From positions 620,001-684,000 of the forward strand of contig ML978130.1 in assembly GCA_010015805.1 (NCBI GenBank): 64,000 nt of DNA, written 5' to 3'. Positions 1-12,634 of this stretch are shown here, piece by piece; the first letter of the stretch is position 1; every line of letters begins with the position of its first letter. This DNA comes from Rhizodiscina lignyota. Taxonomy: Eukaryota. The notes under the pieces are model-generated. The model did no database searches, was not told where the DNA came from, and saw only the letters and a list, made by a program, of their open reading frames with translations. The position numbers were made by a program, and so were the translations under genes.

Positions 1-733
1 ATTGAGATACAGCTGGAACACCATCAAACCAGGGAGTCTCTGACTGAAGCAAGCCGTGCCAGTGCAGAGAAGTACCCTCGTCGGGCAAGCTATTTACGAC
101 GTTGACCTTGATCCAGTCACCCCAATTTGCCTCGATGAGAGGACCTGGGAAAGCGCCGTTTACAACAAGGCCATTCTTTTTAACACCATCTGGTGCAATA
201 GTCTGGAAGCTGAGGTCGAAGTTGTACGTCCGAGTTACATGGGTGTCGGGAGCAGTTCCGCAGGGGCCGGAGGTGGGAGTCTGGCCGGCCGTGACTGTGA
301 CTGTGGGGCGAGTAGCGACTTTTGTGTACTGGGGTCCCTTTCCGGGTGGTAGGTTGTATGGAAGATGGGGAGTCTTGTCAATTATGCCCCAAATGCTCTT
401 GCCATTTGTGAGGGCTTGGATGATGCTTGCGAGGAGAGAAGTCTTTCCCTTTGGAACCCAGGCGGGAGCAACATATTTCGAGGCGAACTGGGGAAGACCG
501 CCAGACGGAAATGCAGGCCCTGGTCGAGGTGATGGTGTTGTGTGACCCTTTGTTGGACGGCCAGGCCAAATGACGGGTAGTGGAGAAGAATCATATGGAT
601 TTTTATAGGGACCATTAGGGTTTGAGGTTGTTGCAGCAGGTGCAGCGGTGGTTGCGGTCGCAGGAACAGCTTGAACGCCAGTGAAGGCGAGAGCTGCAAT
701 GAGTGCAGTAAAAATAAGAGAGGCAGGCGCCAT
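1..733 (-). CDS. Secreted multicopper oxidase (laccase-like, AA1), 5' part; runs off the left edge of the window
   Basis: Absent from the ORF track because there is no stop in the window. Manual translation from ATG 733: signal peptide [22 protein letters not shown], a Pro/Thr-rich extension, then [78 protein letters not shown], which contains the L1 copper-binding motif HWHG...DG. Confidence 0.93.
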   Translation of the reverse strand, partial: MAPASLIFTALIAALAFTGVQAVPATATTAAPAATTSNPNGPYKNPYDSSPLPVIWPGRPTKGHTTPSPRPGPAFPSGGLPQFASKYVAPAWVPKGKTSLLASIIQALTNGKSIWGIIDKTPHLPYNLPPGKGPQYTKVATRPTVTVTAGQTPTSGPCGTAPDTHVTRTYNFDLSFQTIAPDGVKKNGLVVNGAFPGPLIEANWGDWIKVNVVNSLPDEGTSLHWHGLLQSETPWFDGVPAVSQ

Positions 734-3681
734 CTCTACGAATGAGTATGAGAATTTTACTACGAATTACGAAGGAAATCCTCACAACTGAGGCGAATTG
801 AGAAGGAAATGGCACGCGAGCAACTACTGACTCGATGATGAGAAATGGAAACGAGGGAATTGGAGCATGTTCTTATCCTCACTCTGAGCTTGTGCTCCCA
901 TCGCCGGAGGGGGTAAGACAGGAGCTAGCCCTAGATCTCTGGTGCTATTTCTAGCTAGACATCGTTCCGGTCAAGACTATGGAAGTGTCCAGAGCGCGCG
1001 AAGAACGGCACAGCGCTGAAGGGGCGGCAAGAAGCAAGTTGATGACAGCGAAACAATTCTGGGGAGAGAAGGCTAACGGTTACAAGAGTACAGCCCTGTG
1101 CAGTGACGCCTTGTCGAGCATCACAGCGATAAAGCCAAATCGGGAAAGATGGACGCAGGGATAGGGGCACCAGAGCACCACAAAAACCTCCGGCTGGCTA
1201 GAAAGCTGAGCTCTGAGCGGTCCGGCTCCTGGGCTAGCTTGCCGAAAGCTGATCGTTGCGGGTCCGGTGGGAGTGCGCCTAGACAATAAGCTCGTTCGGG
1301 CACAGGGGAAATGAGGCTATTGATGATTCCAAACTGAGAAATCACCCAAACTTTTCAGAGTGAGTGAGGTCAGCTTGCATGAAATTTCACGGGAGACCTT
1401 ACCATGTGAGGAAATTCTACTCGAATATTACTGTCGTCCGGTACTCCATCTCATAGCATAGACATTGGCTCCAGTCGTGATAGTGGGGCCTCCGTGCCTA
1501 GAGAGAAGACAGACACGCTCACGTCACAGTGCCTGCATACTGGGTCAGGCACGCGACTGATGGTCGAGCGAGCAACGTTAGACGGAGGCTTAAGCCACAT
1601 GGTGGAAAAAACCGCCGCCATGGCGTCGTCGTTCGGGCCGTTTCAGGGAAGCTAGAGCCTAGCTCAGCGGCCTCCAGACGCTTGAGGCGACCGATAGGGG
1701 GTAGGCAGCAGACTGGTTAGCAGAAAATAGCTGAAGTGATTCTCGCTAACGGCTGAGCGCCACGTTTTTTTGCTTCAGTGTGGCGACTCCGGCGGCACAG
1801 GAGGCGCTCAAAGTCAAGGGACGGAAGCCAGCAGGCAGCGAGCATGTTATCCAGACCGGACCGCGGTCAGTTGGCGGTGGTAAGAATAGAATTGAGCTGG
1901 TTCAGGGATGCGGAAGAGCTGGCAGGCCAGGAAAGAGTTTTTAGGGCATGCGATAAGTAGATGCTGTCAACGTTGTTGCGTGCATCTGCGGCTACTGTAA
2001 GACGGCATGTCCGCACGTGAGAGGAGGCTCAACTCACTTTAGCTATCTTCTGCAGGTCATCAAGGTTCGAGATGAATAATTGTGGGACTAGCCTTTCGGC
2101 CACGTTGGGGAAAAGGATGTCAAGCTCCCTTGTGCTGGAGGAGGCGCAAAGGGCTTGAGTGGGCTTGATGCGGGAGCCAAGGCGAATCCCAATATTGTGG
2201 GTGCGCGAGCCCCTGGCCCCAAGACGGCTCGTGCCCTAAAGTGTTGGCGAGTAATCCACCCAAGCTTTTGCACCTTCGTTTTCTCTCCTCAACAATAGAA
2301 CAGCAGCAGTCCTTGTGACAAGCGCATCAGTAGAGAGCTGAGTTGACCTACAGCAGCAATCACGAACCAGAAATAGCATCAGGGACTCTCGGCAGCTCGC
2401 CAGAGCCTGTTCTCCAAGACTCCAGCCTGCATTCCTCCTAGAGACCGATCGCGCTGCAGCGGGAGACAAGATCTGGGGAAGCTGGGCCGCATCTGTGAAG
2501 CCTCTGGCCTTTCGCCATCAAGATGCGGAGACGAAGATGCTAGCAAGCCTCCGTTTGTGCGCTATCTTGCATCGGCGACAGCCCAGAAACAGTCCACGAA
2601 GCGACAGAAGGTCAGAAAGTTGGAAGTCTACTGCAGTACCGAGCGCCCGCTGTGACCGGCCGCCAACTTAGACCGCGCAGCTGGGCTGCGCAGTTTCGAT
2701 AGCGCTGGGTGAGAGGGCTAACTAAGCAGACTTGACTCGGTCGCGTGAACAACAACTCGCTCCTCGAAGGCGATATCGTGTGGATTGCCATGGTGGCCTG
2801 ACTCGAGCTCGGCACGGGTCTATTCGGCTGGTTTTCGGCTGCTCCGGACCGCCAAGGCGGCTATTTTTGCCAGTCGAATACGGCCGTTGTCCAAAAGCCT
2901 GTATGTAGCCCTCGAGTCTCACGCGACACCATAGGCCGACCAGTGTACGGAATACGCATCCTCTGACGCTGGAAAGGCGGTGCAAACACGAATATTGGAA
3001 TCTATCTGCTATCAATGTTCCGTTATACAGTCATCACACCTCCCGAGGCACCAACAACTGCATGCGAACAAGCGCCCGCGTTCCTGTCATCTTTCTTGTC
3101 ATCTGCAAGGGCGTTTTTGCCATTTGCGCGGCTGCCTCCGACAAAGTTCGCACGTAAGAAATTGTCTTACCTTCCCCTTGAATATTGCCGTTCCGTAATT
3201 CCCGTTTCTCAACTTTCTCAACTTCTTCATCTGCTGTGGGGGTCTTGGTGAAGTCTCCACTAGTTTACCACCGTTCCGGCTGCTATCCTGATGCGGAAGG
3301 CTACTTTCTCTACGCGGTCTTGGCCTCGCTTATCACCTTCCGGGAATAATACAAGATCATCACTACCTGCATCTTCCTACAGTGCGATGCTCACCACATG
3401 TCTATTTCACTGGACAAAATGTATTCCTATAGAGAACGTCTGCATTTTGGCAAGAACGTGGGCGATGTTTCAGATCGTAATCGAGAGGAACGTTTAAGTA
3501 TTCTTGCGAATATAAATTTCAGTGGCCTCAAGCACTATCTCGCTCAGTTTTCACTTGTCTTCCCTCACCATTGGCCAAGAGTGATCTCCGCCAGGATTCG
3601 CCATTTAGGGCTTCTCAACTATACTACCAATTATAGTACCAAGAACAGCATAGCTGAGAATAGTCCCCGATTCGTCCAATC

Positions 3682-4466
3682 ATGATCTTCACTTATTTGG
3701 CGTTTACCGCCTTTATGCTCACCTCTACTTCGCTGCCGCTGCCTCCGGGTATCCCTGCCGCATCCACGGCACGCAGCGAGCTTGGCTCCATTACCGTCGC
3801 AGCCGAAGGATCCCAGGACGGCTATTCTCGTGACAAATTTCCCACGTGGATTATCCAGTCAGGGAATTGCGATACCCGAGAGGATGTCTTAGCTCGGGAC
3901 GGCACTGCTGTGGTCCAGGGAACTGATTGCTCGGCTAAAAGTGGGTCATGGTATTCTCCATACGACGGGGCGACCTGGACTTCCCCCAGCGATGTGGATA
4001 TCGACCACGTCGTACCATTGAGCAATGCATGGAAGGTGAGCCCGGACCCCCTTCCTTCGCTTCGATCGATTGCTTTAAATGTTGCTTGCTGTGGATTGCA
4101 TCACCGGAGCCAGAGTTCGAGTTGGGATTTAGGGCTGACATGGATTCGTTCAAACTCGTATAGTCAGGCGCTTCCTCCTGGACGACGGACCAACGCCAAG
4201 CTTTTGCCAACGACCTCGACAACCCTCAGCTCGTTGCGGTGACTGACAATGTGAACGAGTCCAAGGGCGACCGGGGTCCAGACGAGTGGCAACCTCCTCT
4301 CGGTGGGTCTGATCAGTATTCACATCGTGAATTTCGAGCGCTAATAATGCTAGCTTCATTCCACTGTACATACGCGGAAATGTACATCAGGATCAAGTAC
4401 CTTTACGACCTAACGATCACCTCGGCGGAGAAGACGGCTTTGTCGTCGATGCTGGATACGTGCTGA
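3682..4466 (+). CDS. Secreted HNH-type nuclease (DUF1524 family), 3 exons
   Basis: Hydrophobic N-terminus; GYSRDKFPTW, CDTREDVLARDG, WYSPYDG and DIDHVVPLSNAW motifs. Removing intron ~4036-4163 (gtgagc..tag) and a second intron near 4303-4354 joins SGASSWTTDQRQAFANDLDNPQLVAVTDNVNESKGDRGPDEWQPP and CTYAEMYIRIKYLYDLTITSAEKTAL. Confidence 0.88.
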
Positions 4467-4541
4467 AGGGCGCCAACTCCTATTTGTCCGTTCAGTTTAT
4501 GACACCATTTCATTATGAGAATATTATTAGAATGGATATGA

Positions 4542-5594
4542 TCATACCGCATCGTACTCATCCCAGTTGTACTCTGGCTCATAGTACTGCTTTGTCGTTC
4601 GCGTATACATGACTCTTTTCCCCTTCCTCGCCTTCCACCTCCCTGGGACCCGCTCTCGTTTGTAACCACTCTTTATGCAGTATAGCTGAGGCTTCAGCTG
4701 TATGGTACCGGGTTGTGATTCCATAGTGTGCTTCAACTTCTTCGCAAACTGCCCATTAACGCCCTGTATCTCCACTCTTTGAACCCCCCTGATGCTCACT
4801 AAAGGCTCAAGCGCATACTGCCAGTAGCTGGTGTTCTCGTCTTCTTTAGCTACTGCAGCGACGTAGATGCCCAGGCGATCCCTCCACTCACAGGAAGGAT
4901 ATGGAGGAGGCATCCACTGCTGGTTCACCATTTTGACCCGCAAGCTTGTCAGGCCAGGTCCATCGGCCAGTGCGCGGACGAAATTTTCCAGGGAATTGTG
5001 TACCCGGCGAAAGCGGGGATATTCGCACAATTTGCTTTCGAAAACAAGTTCGATGTTTTTCACAAAGCGTAACACCGTTGGGGGAAGAGATGCTGTGGTA
5101 TCGTCTACCCAGCGGTTCACATATGCTGTAAAGGAATTATTAGTGGCGATCCGAAATACGACGATGTTTTCTCCATAGAGTACGGTCATTGCCTGCTGGT
5201 ATAAGCTATGAGATGCGCGTAGCAGGGCGGACAACGCCCAAGAGGGATAGCTCCTGCGATAGTTCGCAAGATAGTCAAATGGCTTTGCTGGATCCGTTGG
5301 CCGTAGCCGGCCACCTCGGCTTCGTTTGAATCGTCGCTGGAACTCCAGCTTGAGGCCTGTCGGAATAAGATAACGCAGAACCTCAAGCTGTAGCTCCGTC
5401 GGAAGGCGGCCGAAAGGGAACGCGTGCATGTGCGTAGGAGAGCAGTGGAGACAGACGCAGCAAGAGTGGCGATTCCTGCGCAGATTTTCTTGAATCTTTG
5501 CATCCACAGCCTTCCTGCGTAGTTCCTCGAGGGCTTCGGCCCTCTCGGGGTAGTACCGTGCGAGACAGGGGTCTGAGTCGATGAGGTTGCGCAT
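4542..5594 (-). CDS. F-box-like domain protein of unknown function
   Basis: Open frame of about 350 aa from ATG 5594 containing FPFGRLPTELQLEVLRYL (fungal F-box-like motif), followed by LLRASHSLYQQAMTVLYGENIVVF and LEPLVSIRGVQRVEIQG. The true start is uncertain. Confidence 0.7.
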   Translation of the reverse strand: MRNLIDSDPCLARYYPERAEALEELRRKAVDAKIQENLRRNRHSCCVCLHCSPTHMHAFPFGRLPTELQLEVLRYLIPTGLKLEFQRRFKRSRGGRLRPTDPAKPFDYLANYRRSYPSWALSALLRASHSLYQQAMTVLYGENIVVFRIATNNSFTAYVNRWVDDTTASLPPTVLRFVKNIELVFESKLCEYPRFRRVHNSLENFVRALADGPGLTSLRVKMVNQQWMPPPYPSCEWRDRLGIYVAAVAKEDENTSYWQYALEPLVSIRGVQRVEIQGVNGQFAKKLKHTMESQPGTIQLKPQLYCIKSGYKRERVPGRWKARKGKRVMYTRTTKQYYEPEYNWDEYDAV

Positions 5595-6852
5595 ATGGTG
5601 TCGTTGGGATGATTGATTTGTGTATGAAAGAGATGAAAAGAAAGATGGAAGTATCACAAACTAGATTGAATTTATACATCACCATAATGTGAAGCTGTCC
5701 GGAGCGTTTTTCAACCTTGTCACAAGGCCCATCCTCGATATCAAATCAATGCGAACCAATTCCATCATAGAAATAGTAGAGTGTTATGATCCAGTGGAAA
5801 CATTGCATGTGGGCGGATCGAGAATTTATAAAGAAGCAGAGAGAAAGGAGATTTGTGTAATCCGTTGAAATTAATAGGACAACCTTGAATGTAAGGCTGG
5901 GTCACATGGCGGAGGTTGAGACGAATATAACGGCTTTCAGTCATACTCCTATATCGGAACCGTTGAGTTCATCCATAAAGTGGAATCTTCATCTCTTCAT
6001 GTTCTTCAATTCAATGAACGATATTTACCCCTCCCTGCGATTCATTCGAACGGGGATTTCTTTGACCGGCCCGAGCGCTCTCAAGGAGGTAAATCCATGG
6101 AAAGGTCAGCAAGATACAGGCGTAAAAGCTCAGAAAGCTCGACCGTGTCGTCCTGGAACTTATAAGTCGTCTCCGATTAATATCGTAGATTCCAATTGTT
6201 TGAACATTCGGAAGAGATCGAGCCTCCAGAAAAGCGTGTCCGTTTGATCCTTCGAAGCAGCCACTTCTGGAACTGAGCCAAGATGTTTAAGCTTGAGGGC
6301 ATGGTCAATAGGACGATCGACCTCTCAAGATGTCGCAATTGCTGGAGCCATACTGATCGCTTTCCGCGGGTGTGGTTTCCTGGGTACCCTCCAGGTCTAG
6401 TGATGGTGTGCGACGTACACCGAGAACGGGTTCCTGGTATATGAAGAAATGTATGACTGGCCGTGGGTCGGAGATACTTCAAATCTGTAAGCTGTGTGAC
6501 GTTCCCCATGAGGAGAAGAAGTGGAGGGGAAAGAAAACATTGAAGGGTGAGGGGGGAACACCCTTCGTTTAATCCTCAGGCACTCTTGGCACCCACGGAG
6601 AAAACGCTCGGTCGGCCCGACTTCGGTTTATCGTATCGTACGCTGTGTGGCTCTAGCGTAAGCCATGCTCGAGTCGAGTTCTTCCTTGAAAACGTCATTT
6701 GCTATGTATGTACCAAGGGTGGGTACCATCTTCTGTAGTTCAAACTCATGAATATCAAGAAGACTATGCCATTTTTCTTGAACCATCTTGCACTCATTCT
6801 GTAAATCCTCATTGAAAACATGTTCATACATACTGTAGAAGGATCGTGATCA

Positions 6853-7365
6853 ATGCCCATTCATTTCAGTCGCGCTTGCACTCACCTTCTCGGCTCCAGC
6901 AATTGCGTCGTCAAGCTTCTTTTCTACCCGAAGATATCGGGACTGGAAACTATCAAAGAATGCGTCGCCGCACATGAGCAGAGTAGTGAACTACCGGAGC
7001 CAGATAATCCAACAGACGAGACGGCCTTGCTCGTATTGTGTGGGCACTCGCTACCCTTAAGGAGCCACACCAGCTTGGGAGTAAGGTTGCTGGAAGAGAC
7101 CAGAAGCTCAATGGACTCTGTAAGATATCTCTTCAGAATGAGCTGAACATCTTCTCCGACCAAAATCGCGCCTTTCTTATTCTCACTACCGTGACCAACG
7201 TATTCCTGTCTCTTTCGTTCTCCACCAACTACTACGGGACGAATTTAAAGGGCATCGAGAACTAGGAACGAACAGAATCATGGTTTTAGACAGTTTGCGG
7301 GGTCTCAATAATACTCATAGTACTTGTGGTGCTGCTGCTGTGCATTCCGGCACAAGTTGAGGCGT
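6853..7365 (+). pseudogene. Degenerate CorA-like (Mg2+ transporter C-terminal two-TM domain) gene remnant
   Basis: Reads QNRAFLILTTVTNVFLSLSFSTNYYGTNLKGIEN*ERTESWF*TVCGVSIILIVLV, resembling the fungal CorA-like consensus FTIVTxxFLPLSFxTSYFGMN...FWxVCG. In-frame stops at 7263-7265 and 7287-7289, and GMN is altered to GTN. The 5' boundary is not resolved. Confidence 0.72.
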
Positions 7366-8139
7366 CACAGGGTCGAATTTCAGCCTGCACTCAAGATGAC
7401 ATGATGATTGATTTGCGCTGTTGCACATTTTGTACTCATTCTCGTTCAGTACCATTTTCTAATCGGATATATGAGTACCGTGCGGATTGTGCTAGTGATC
7501 GTTGAAGGCCGAACACTCAGACGTGCGTGTTTTCCTGAATCCGCAAAAGCGAGATAAGTACATCTGGCGCGGAATCGAATGCACCCTCTGCAAGAAATTG
7601 AACTTGCTACTGTGAAATCTACGAAGTTTGACTTTGTAGCGTATACTTCCTATTGACGACATCACCCTTGTTGAAGACACGATTTTTGAAAGACAGCACA
7701 GCCTGCAGAAGGAGAGCTTGCGTACCAACAACATAACCTCGAGCAGAAGTGGTGACTTCTCTCTTCAATTGAAGAGCTTGGGGATACATGGCCTGCTGGT
7801 ACTTGTATGCTGACCGCGAAAGTGATCCCAACGCAGTTGAAGGCATCAGTCGAGCCGCGTACACGAGGGATACCGCAGTTGCCCTATCCAGCGGCGGCTA
7901 ACTGCTTAAAGTAAAGCCAACGCCGGGTTTCTGCTGTTCCGCTATCCCGCTCGTCATTCCTCTGATTCGCTGAATGATTAGTGATGTGCATACAGGGCGC
8001 GCTATCGCCTTATCGGAGCTGTCTTCTCCAGATGTTCTTACAAATTTAGGAAAGAACCAACAAAATGCTCCGCAGAAGCCTCCGCGCCGCCCTCTTCCTT
8101 ATCTACAACTATCACACAACCTTAGACTGAAATCACATC

Positions 8140-10149
8140 ATGGATGATATGATCGAGCTTCGTGCGCCAGAGCCAAAGGACCTTTCGCATCATCTCAGCA
8201 GAATCACAAAGGCCAGGGAAGCCTCGAATGTGAAGAGGTTCTATAAATATTTCAGCATCCCAGGCATCGGCCAGCTTGCTGGAGGTGAGTAACCATTTAT
8301 GTCTTGGGCGAGTCGCTTGTTTGCTTGATCAGCCTCTGCTTGGTAGCATATTACAAATCTGACCACAAAGTCACCATATACAGGTCTTCCAAACGACCGG
8401 TACTTCCCATACGACACACTTGAAGCGAAGACTGCTCTCCCTCCACGATGGACTCCTACTCCCAATGACCCAGTTGATCCGCCCTCCGCTCAATTGGCGA
8501 AGACTTCGCTCTCAGAGAAGAAGGACAAGCCGACCGCACAGCCAGAATCTCAACTGGTAGTTCCACACACATCCAGCACCACAGACGTTCTCCGCAAGAT
8601 CGATCTCGATACTGCGCTTCAGTACGGTCAAGCGCAGGGTTATCCCCCGCTCTACTCATTCCTCTTGCAATTCGTCAAAGAGCATCTCCATCCCAACGTC
8701 CCGTATGTTGGCGGGCCAGATATCATCCTCACGTGCGGTAGCACTGATGGATTTAACAAGACACTGCAATTGCTGAACAATGAATGGGCAGAGGGCATCA
8801 ATCCAATTGAAGAGAAGGAGGGCATTCTGTGCGAGGAATATGCGTACATGAACGCTATCCAGGGATGCAGGCCGCGCGGCCTCAACATTGTCCCCGTTGG
8901 TATTGACGACGAAGGCATGAGGGCAGACGGGCCTGGCGGACTGCAGGAAGTACTTGAGAATTGGGACTACAGCAAGGGCAAGATGCCACATCTGATGTAT
9001 ACGGTCACGTATGTGCCATATTCTTTCACTCTGGCCGCTGCGCCATGAACGTCACAGAAGCTAACAGAGAATAGCATTGGCCAAAATCCCACGTCTGGAA
9101 CACTCTCCGTCGAGCGCCGCAAGGCCATCTACGAGCTTTGCGTCAAGTATGATATCATAATTGTCGAAGATGATCCATACTGGTACTTACAATACCCATC
9201 GTCCCGGACCTCCTCTACGGCTCCAATTCCCCGCCCAGATAAATCCTCCGGTTTTGAGTTCCTTGACTCTCTCGTCCCATCTTATCTTTCTGTCGATTAC
9301 GAAGGCCGAGTGGTCCGTCTCGACACATTCTCCAAGACAACTGCGCCGGGATGCAGACTGGGCTGGATCACTGCGCAGCCTAAGCTGTGTGAGCGCCTCC
9401 TCAGGATCACAGAGACCAGTACGCAGCAGCCGAGCGGCTTCGTGCAGTCCATGATCGCAGAACTGATTATCGGCCCCGCAAAGGGCGGAGCCGGCGAGGG
9501 ACAAGGCGGCGCCGAAGACGGGAAGGGCTGGGAGGCTGCAGGCTGGGTGCGTTGGCTGGAAGGTTTGCGCGGCGAGTACGAGCGCCGAATGAACGAGATG
9601 TGTGATGTCCTGGCCGAGGGTCAGTACATGGTGAAGAGCGGACGCCGACCCAGCATCAGCGAAGTTGCACGTGATGAGAGCGAGGATTCGGACCACGAGG
9701 TGCAGGCGCAGGACGAGTGGAGTGTCATTGAAAAGACGGAGCTTTATTACTTCGTGCGGCCCCTGGGCGGCATGTTCATCTGGCTGCGCTTCCATTTCAA
9801 CACGCATCCGCTATTCGAGAAGCCCTTCAAAGGTATGCAGTTGAGTATTGCGCTTTGGGTGCTATGGACTACGAAGAAATACCGAGTACTCGTGTCCCCA
9901 GGTCAGATGTTCGCACCAACGCCAGAGATTGCGGAGAGAGATGCTTGGGAATGCTATCGCCTGTGCTTCGCCGCGATTCAACGGGACCAGGTGGTGCCAG
10001 TTACGAAGAGGGTCATCAAGGGTGTCAAGGCATTTTGGCGAATCAAGGATCCCAAGGAGATGCAGAAGCTCTTGGATGATTACGAGTTTGCCGAGACCCA
10101 GATTGCGGCTGAGCCGGATATGGGCAATATGAACGGATTTGGATGTTAG
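8140..10149 (+). CDS. Class I PLP-dependent aminotransferase, Aro8/2-aminoadipate transaminase-like, 3 exons
   Basis: LAGGLPNDRYFPYDTL, LQYGQAQGYPPL, GQNPT, IIVEDDPYWYLQ, and the PLP-lysine motif RLDTFSKTTAPGCRLGW. Introns ~8285-8383 and ~9009-9074. Confidence 0.92.
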
Positions 10150-10339
10150 AAGGCTCAAGACATGATATACACGAATGATAGATAGAATTTTGCATGTTCA
10201 AAATATCTTGATTGAATTTAAGAGAGTTTGGACGTTCGAATCCAATTCATTTCCGTCCGCTATTCAATCCCCAGCCCGAGCAACACCGTGCAATGCAGTG
10301 TCTGTACAAAGTGCGATATCGAAAACATCAAAGGTCTTG

Positions 10340-12272
10340 CTATTCATCATCGTCGTCAACGAGCATGCTCTCTCCTTCCAGCTCCACCACCCCTGTCTGC
10401 GCCCCTCGAACTACGCTCTTCCCTTTGCCTCCTGGTGGCGGTCGTCTCCTGCTCGCCCGAGTAATGGCACGCGCTCCAGCCAGCCTCCTCTCCACACCAT
10501 CCTCTTCACTTTCTTCAATCTCCAGCGTCGTGACCTCGGTCGCCTCTAGTGCCTTGTTTAACAGCTCCGTCGCTACTGCGTCCTGTGGTGCCACAGCTAG
10601 AGCTTCGTGGCAACACACCACAGCGGCCCACGCATCACCCATTTCAAGCAGCGTCAGCGACTTTGCGCAAAACACAGCAGCGTCCCTTCCGCCCTGTCTC
10701 AAGACATCTTCGAAACATTCCAGTGCTTCAGGGAACTGGCTCAAGCGGCGATGCGCATGGCCCATGTTCGCGCGGGTCGCGGTCCAAGCCCGAGGGTCCG
10801 ATCCCGTCTGTTGTGCCATAGTGATCGCCTGTCCGAAAATGTTGAGCGCGGCCTCGAGATGTGACTCGTGGAAAAAGACAACGCCCAGCTCATTCAGCAA
10901 TAGCGGATCCGTCTTGCAGATTTCATATGCGGAATTTAGATACTCGTGCGCGAGCGGGAAGTTCTGGAGCTGGATGTTCTGCATGCCCAGGAACAGTTGC
11001 GGGAGGTGAGTTCCCTGGAACAGTCTCGCGGCCGTCGAGTATGCGGAGATGGCCTGGTCGTGCTCGCCCTCGGCGGCGAAGGTGTGTGCGAAGCCGATCC
11101 ATGCGGCACCGAAATGTGGGTTCATCATGCTGGCTTTGCTGAAAAAGCGCCGCGCATCCGCGACACGATGGATCGTAAGGTAGTAGACACCGATAGCGAG
11201 CCATGAGACTGCTTCGTCCGGGTGATTGTCAGAAAGATCATGGGAGAGGAGGAAGAGAGCGTTCTTTTCATTAAGTTCGTGAAGACACGCGAGATGTATT
11301 GGAAGGGCAGAAAAATTGTATCTATCATGTGAGAGTATTGAGGTTGTCAGGGCCAGCGCGTCTCGGAAGCGGCATTGTGTGAATAAAAGGTCGGCACGTG
11401 CGAGGAGGATGTCCGGGTTCGAAGAGAGGTTATAGTGTGTGGATAGAGTCTCTGTTGCGCTCGTGAACTCTTGTGGTCGTTCGTATTTCGACAATCGCGT
11501 CGTATACAACATTTTCGTAAATTGTGCTGCTTCCTGTGATGTCGAAGCATTGCCGGCGCTGCTGCCTCCGGCAGTGACGCTGTCGAAATCCAAGGACTCG
11601 AGGAATTCCCACTCCTCATCTGGAGTCATGAGAGAGTTCTTCATTAGTTGATCGAATGCCTCGAAGCATTGAACGTCGATTCGGACGGCATCCTTGTAGC
11701 ATTGCTTCGCTCTGTCGAAGGCATTTAGTTTCGCGAAGCACACCCCGCGAAGATAGCACATTGCAGCCTCGAAGCGGATGTTGGAGATCTCATTGCTGTC
11801 GAGCTCTTCGCTCCTGCTTACGCGCCCCTTGGAAGGCTCTCCGACTCCGCTCTGTTTCACTACACCATTCTGTAAACGTGTGTGAACTTGATGCAGTTTC
11901 TTCCGCGCACTACCCTGTGTCCTAATGAGATGTGTCGGGTTCCTGTCACCCAAGACGTCGAGAGCATCCTCAAACTTTTGCTGCTTTATGAAGCACAGAG
12001 CCGCCAGATATCGACATGAGGGGACCGTGGCGATGAGGTCTTCTCGTTGAAGGAAGCTCCGCGCTCGAGTGTAATTGCCGGTCGAAAAGTGGACTTGTGC
12101 GAGCCAGAAGGCATCTTGGTCGTCATCTAATCATGTTGTGTTAGCGTCAATACTGAGATTGAATGGGCAACTTACTGCTTAAGGCGAGGACCTTGTCCCC
12201 GATAAATATGGCGCATTCATATTGGTGCTTGTTTAGGGCATCTTGCCGCCATTCTCGAAGGAACTGCTCCAT
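10340..12272 (-). CDS. cdc16: Anaphase-promoting complex TPR subunit Cdc16/Cut9 (Apc6)
   Basis: Exon 1 MEQFLREWRQDALNKHQYECAIFIGDKVLAL, one short intron (~12128-12175), then DAFWLAQVHF and TPR repeats including CFEAFDQL, AWIGFAHTFAAEGEHDQAISAYSTAARLFQGTHLP and DPLLLNELGV. Confidence 0.95.
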
Positions 12273-12634
12273 CACCACCTATGCGACACGAAGGAAAAGA
12301 GTGACGAGACTATGGAAGTAGGATTGCTGACTGTAGCCATGAGCGATAATATATGTTGTGGCTTCAATCAACAATCAACATTGAAGGCGCGTCGCGGCTT
12401 CTCGAAGCACGCGAGTCGCGCCAGACGTCACAGGTCCGGCGAAACTTCGGGAAATATGTGAGATATAAATCCGCCACCTAGGTCGTTCACGGCTTTTCAA
12501 CGCCCACCCTTCTCGAGCCCCGCCATCTCCAGCTTTATTCAGCTGCTCCCGCCATCCGAGCAGTGATAAGCACGATCACAAGAGGCACTACTTTCAGCGG
12601 CGTAGCGTAGCTTCTCCGCAGCACCTCTCTCAAT
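12273..12634. promoter_or_regulatory. Short bidirectional promoter region between cdc16 and yju2, with clustered CGCG motifs
   Basis: Divergent start codons are 362 bp apart; ggcgcgtcgcgg and cacgcgagtcgcg lie at ~12386-12421. Confidence 0.5.

Noticed and set aside
10234..10243. GTTCGAATCC, resembling a tRNA T-loop/B-box
   Set aside because: No flanking T-stem, acceptor stem or cloverleaf; it lies between two convergent 3' ends.
10212..11009. 265-aa plus-strand ORF, and similar ORFs such as 102-545, 12906-13404, 54358-54903 and 55144-55728
   Set aside because: These are antisense shadows of real genes (cdc16, laccase, yju2, vps54) and have no independent motifs.
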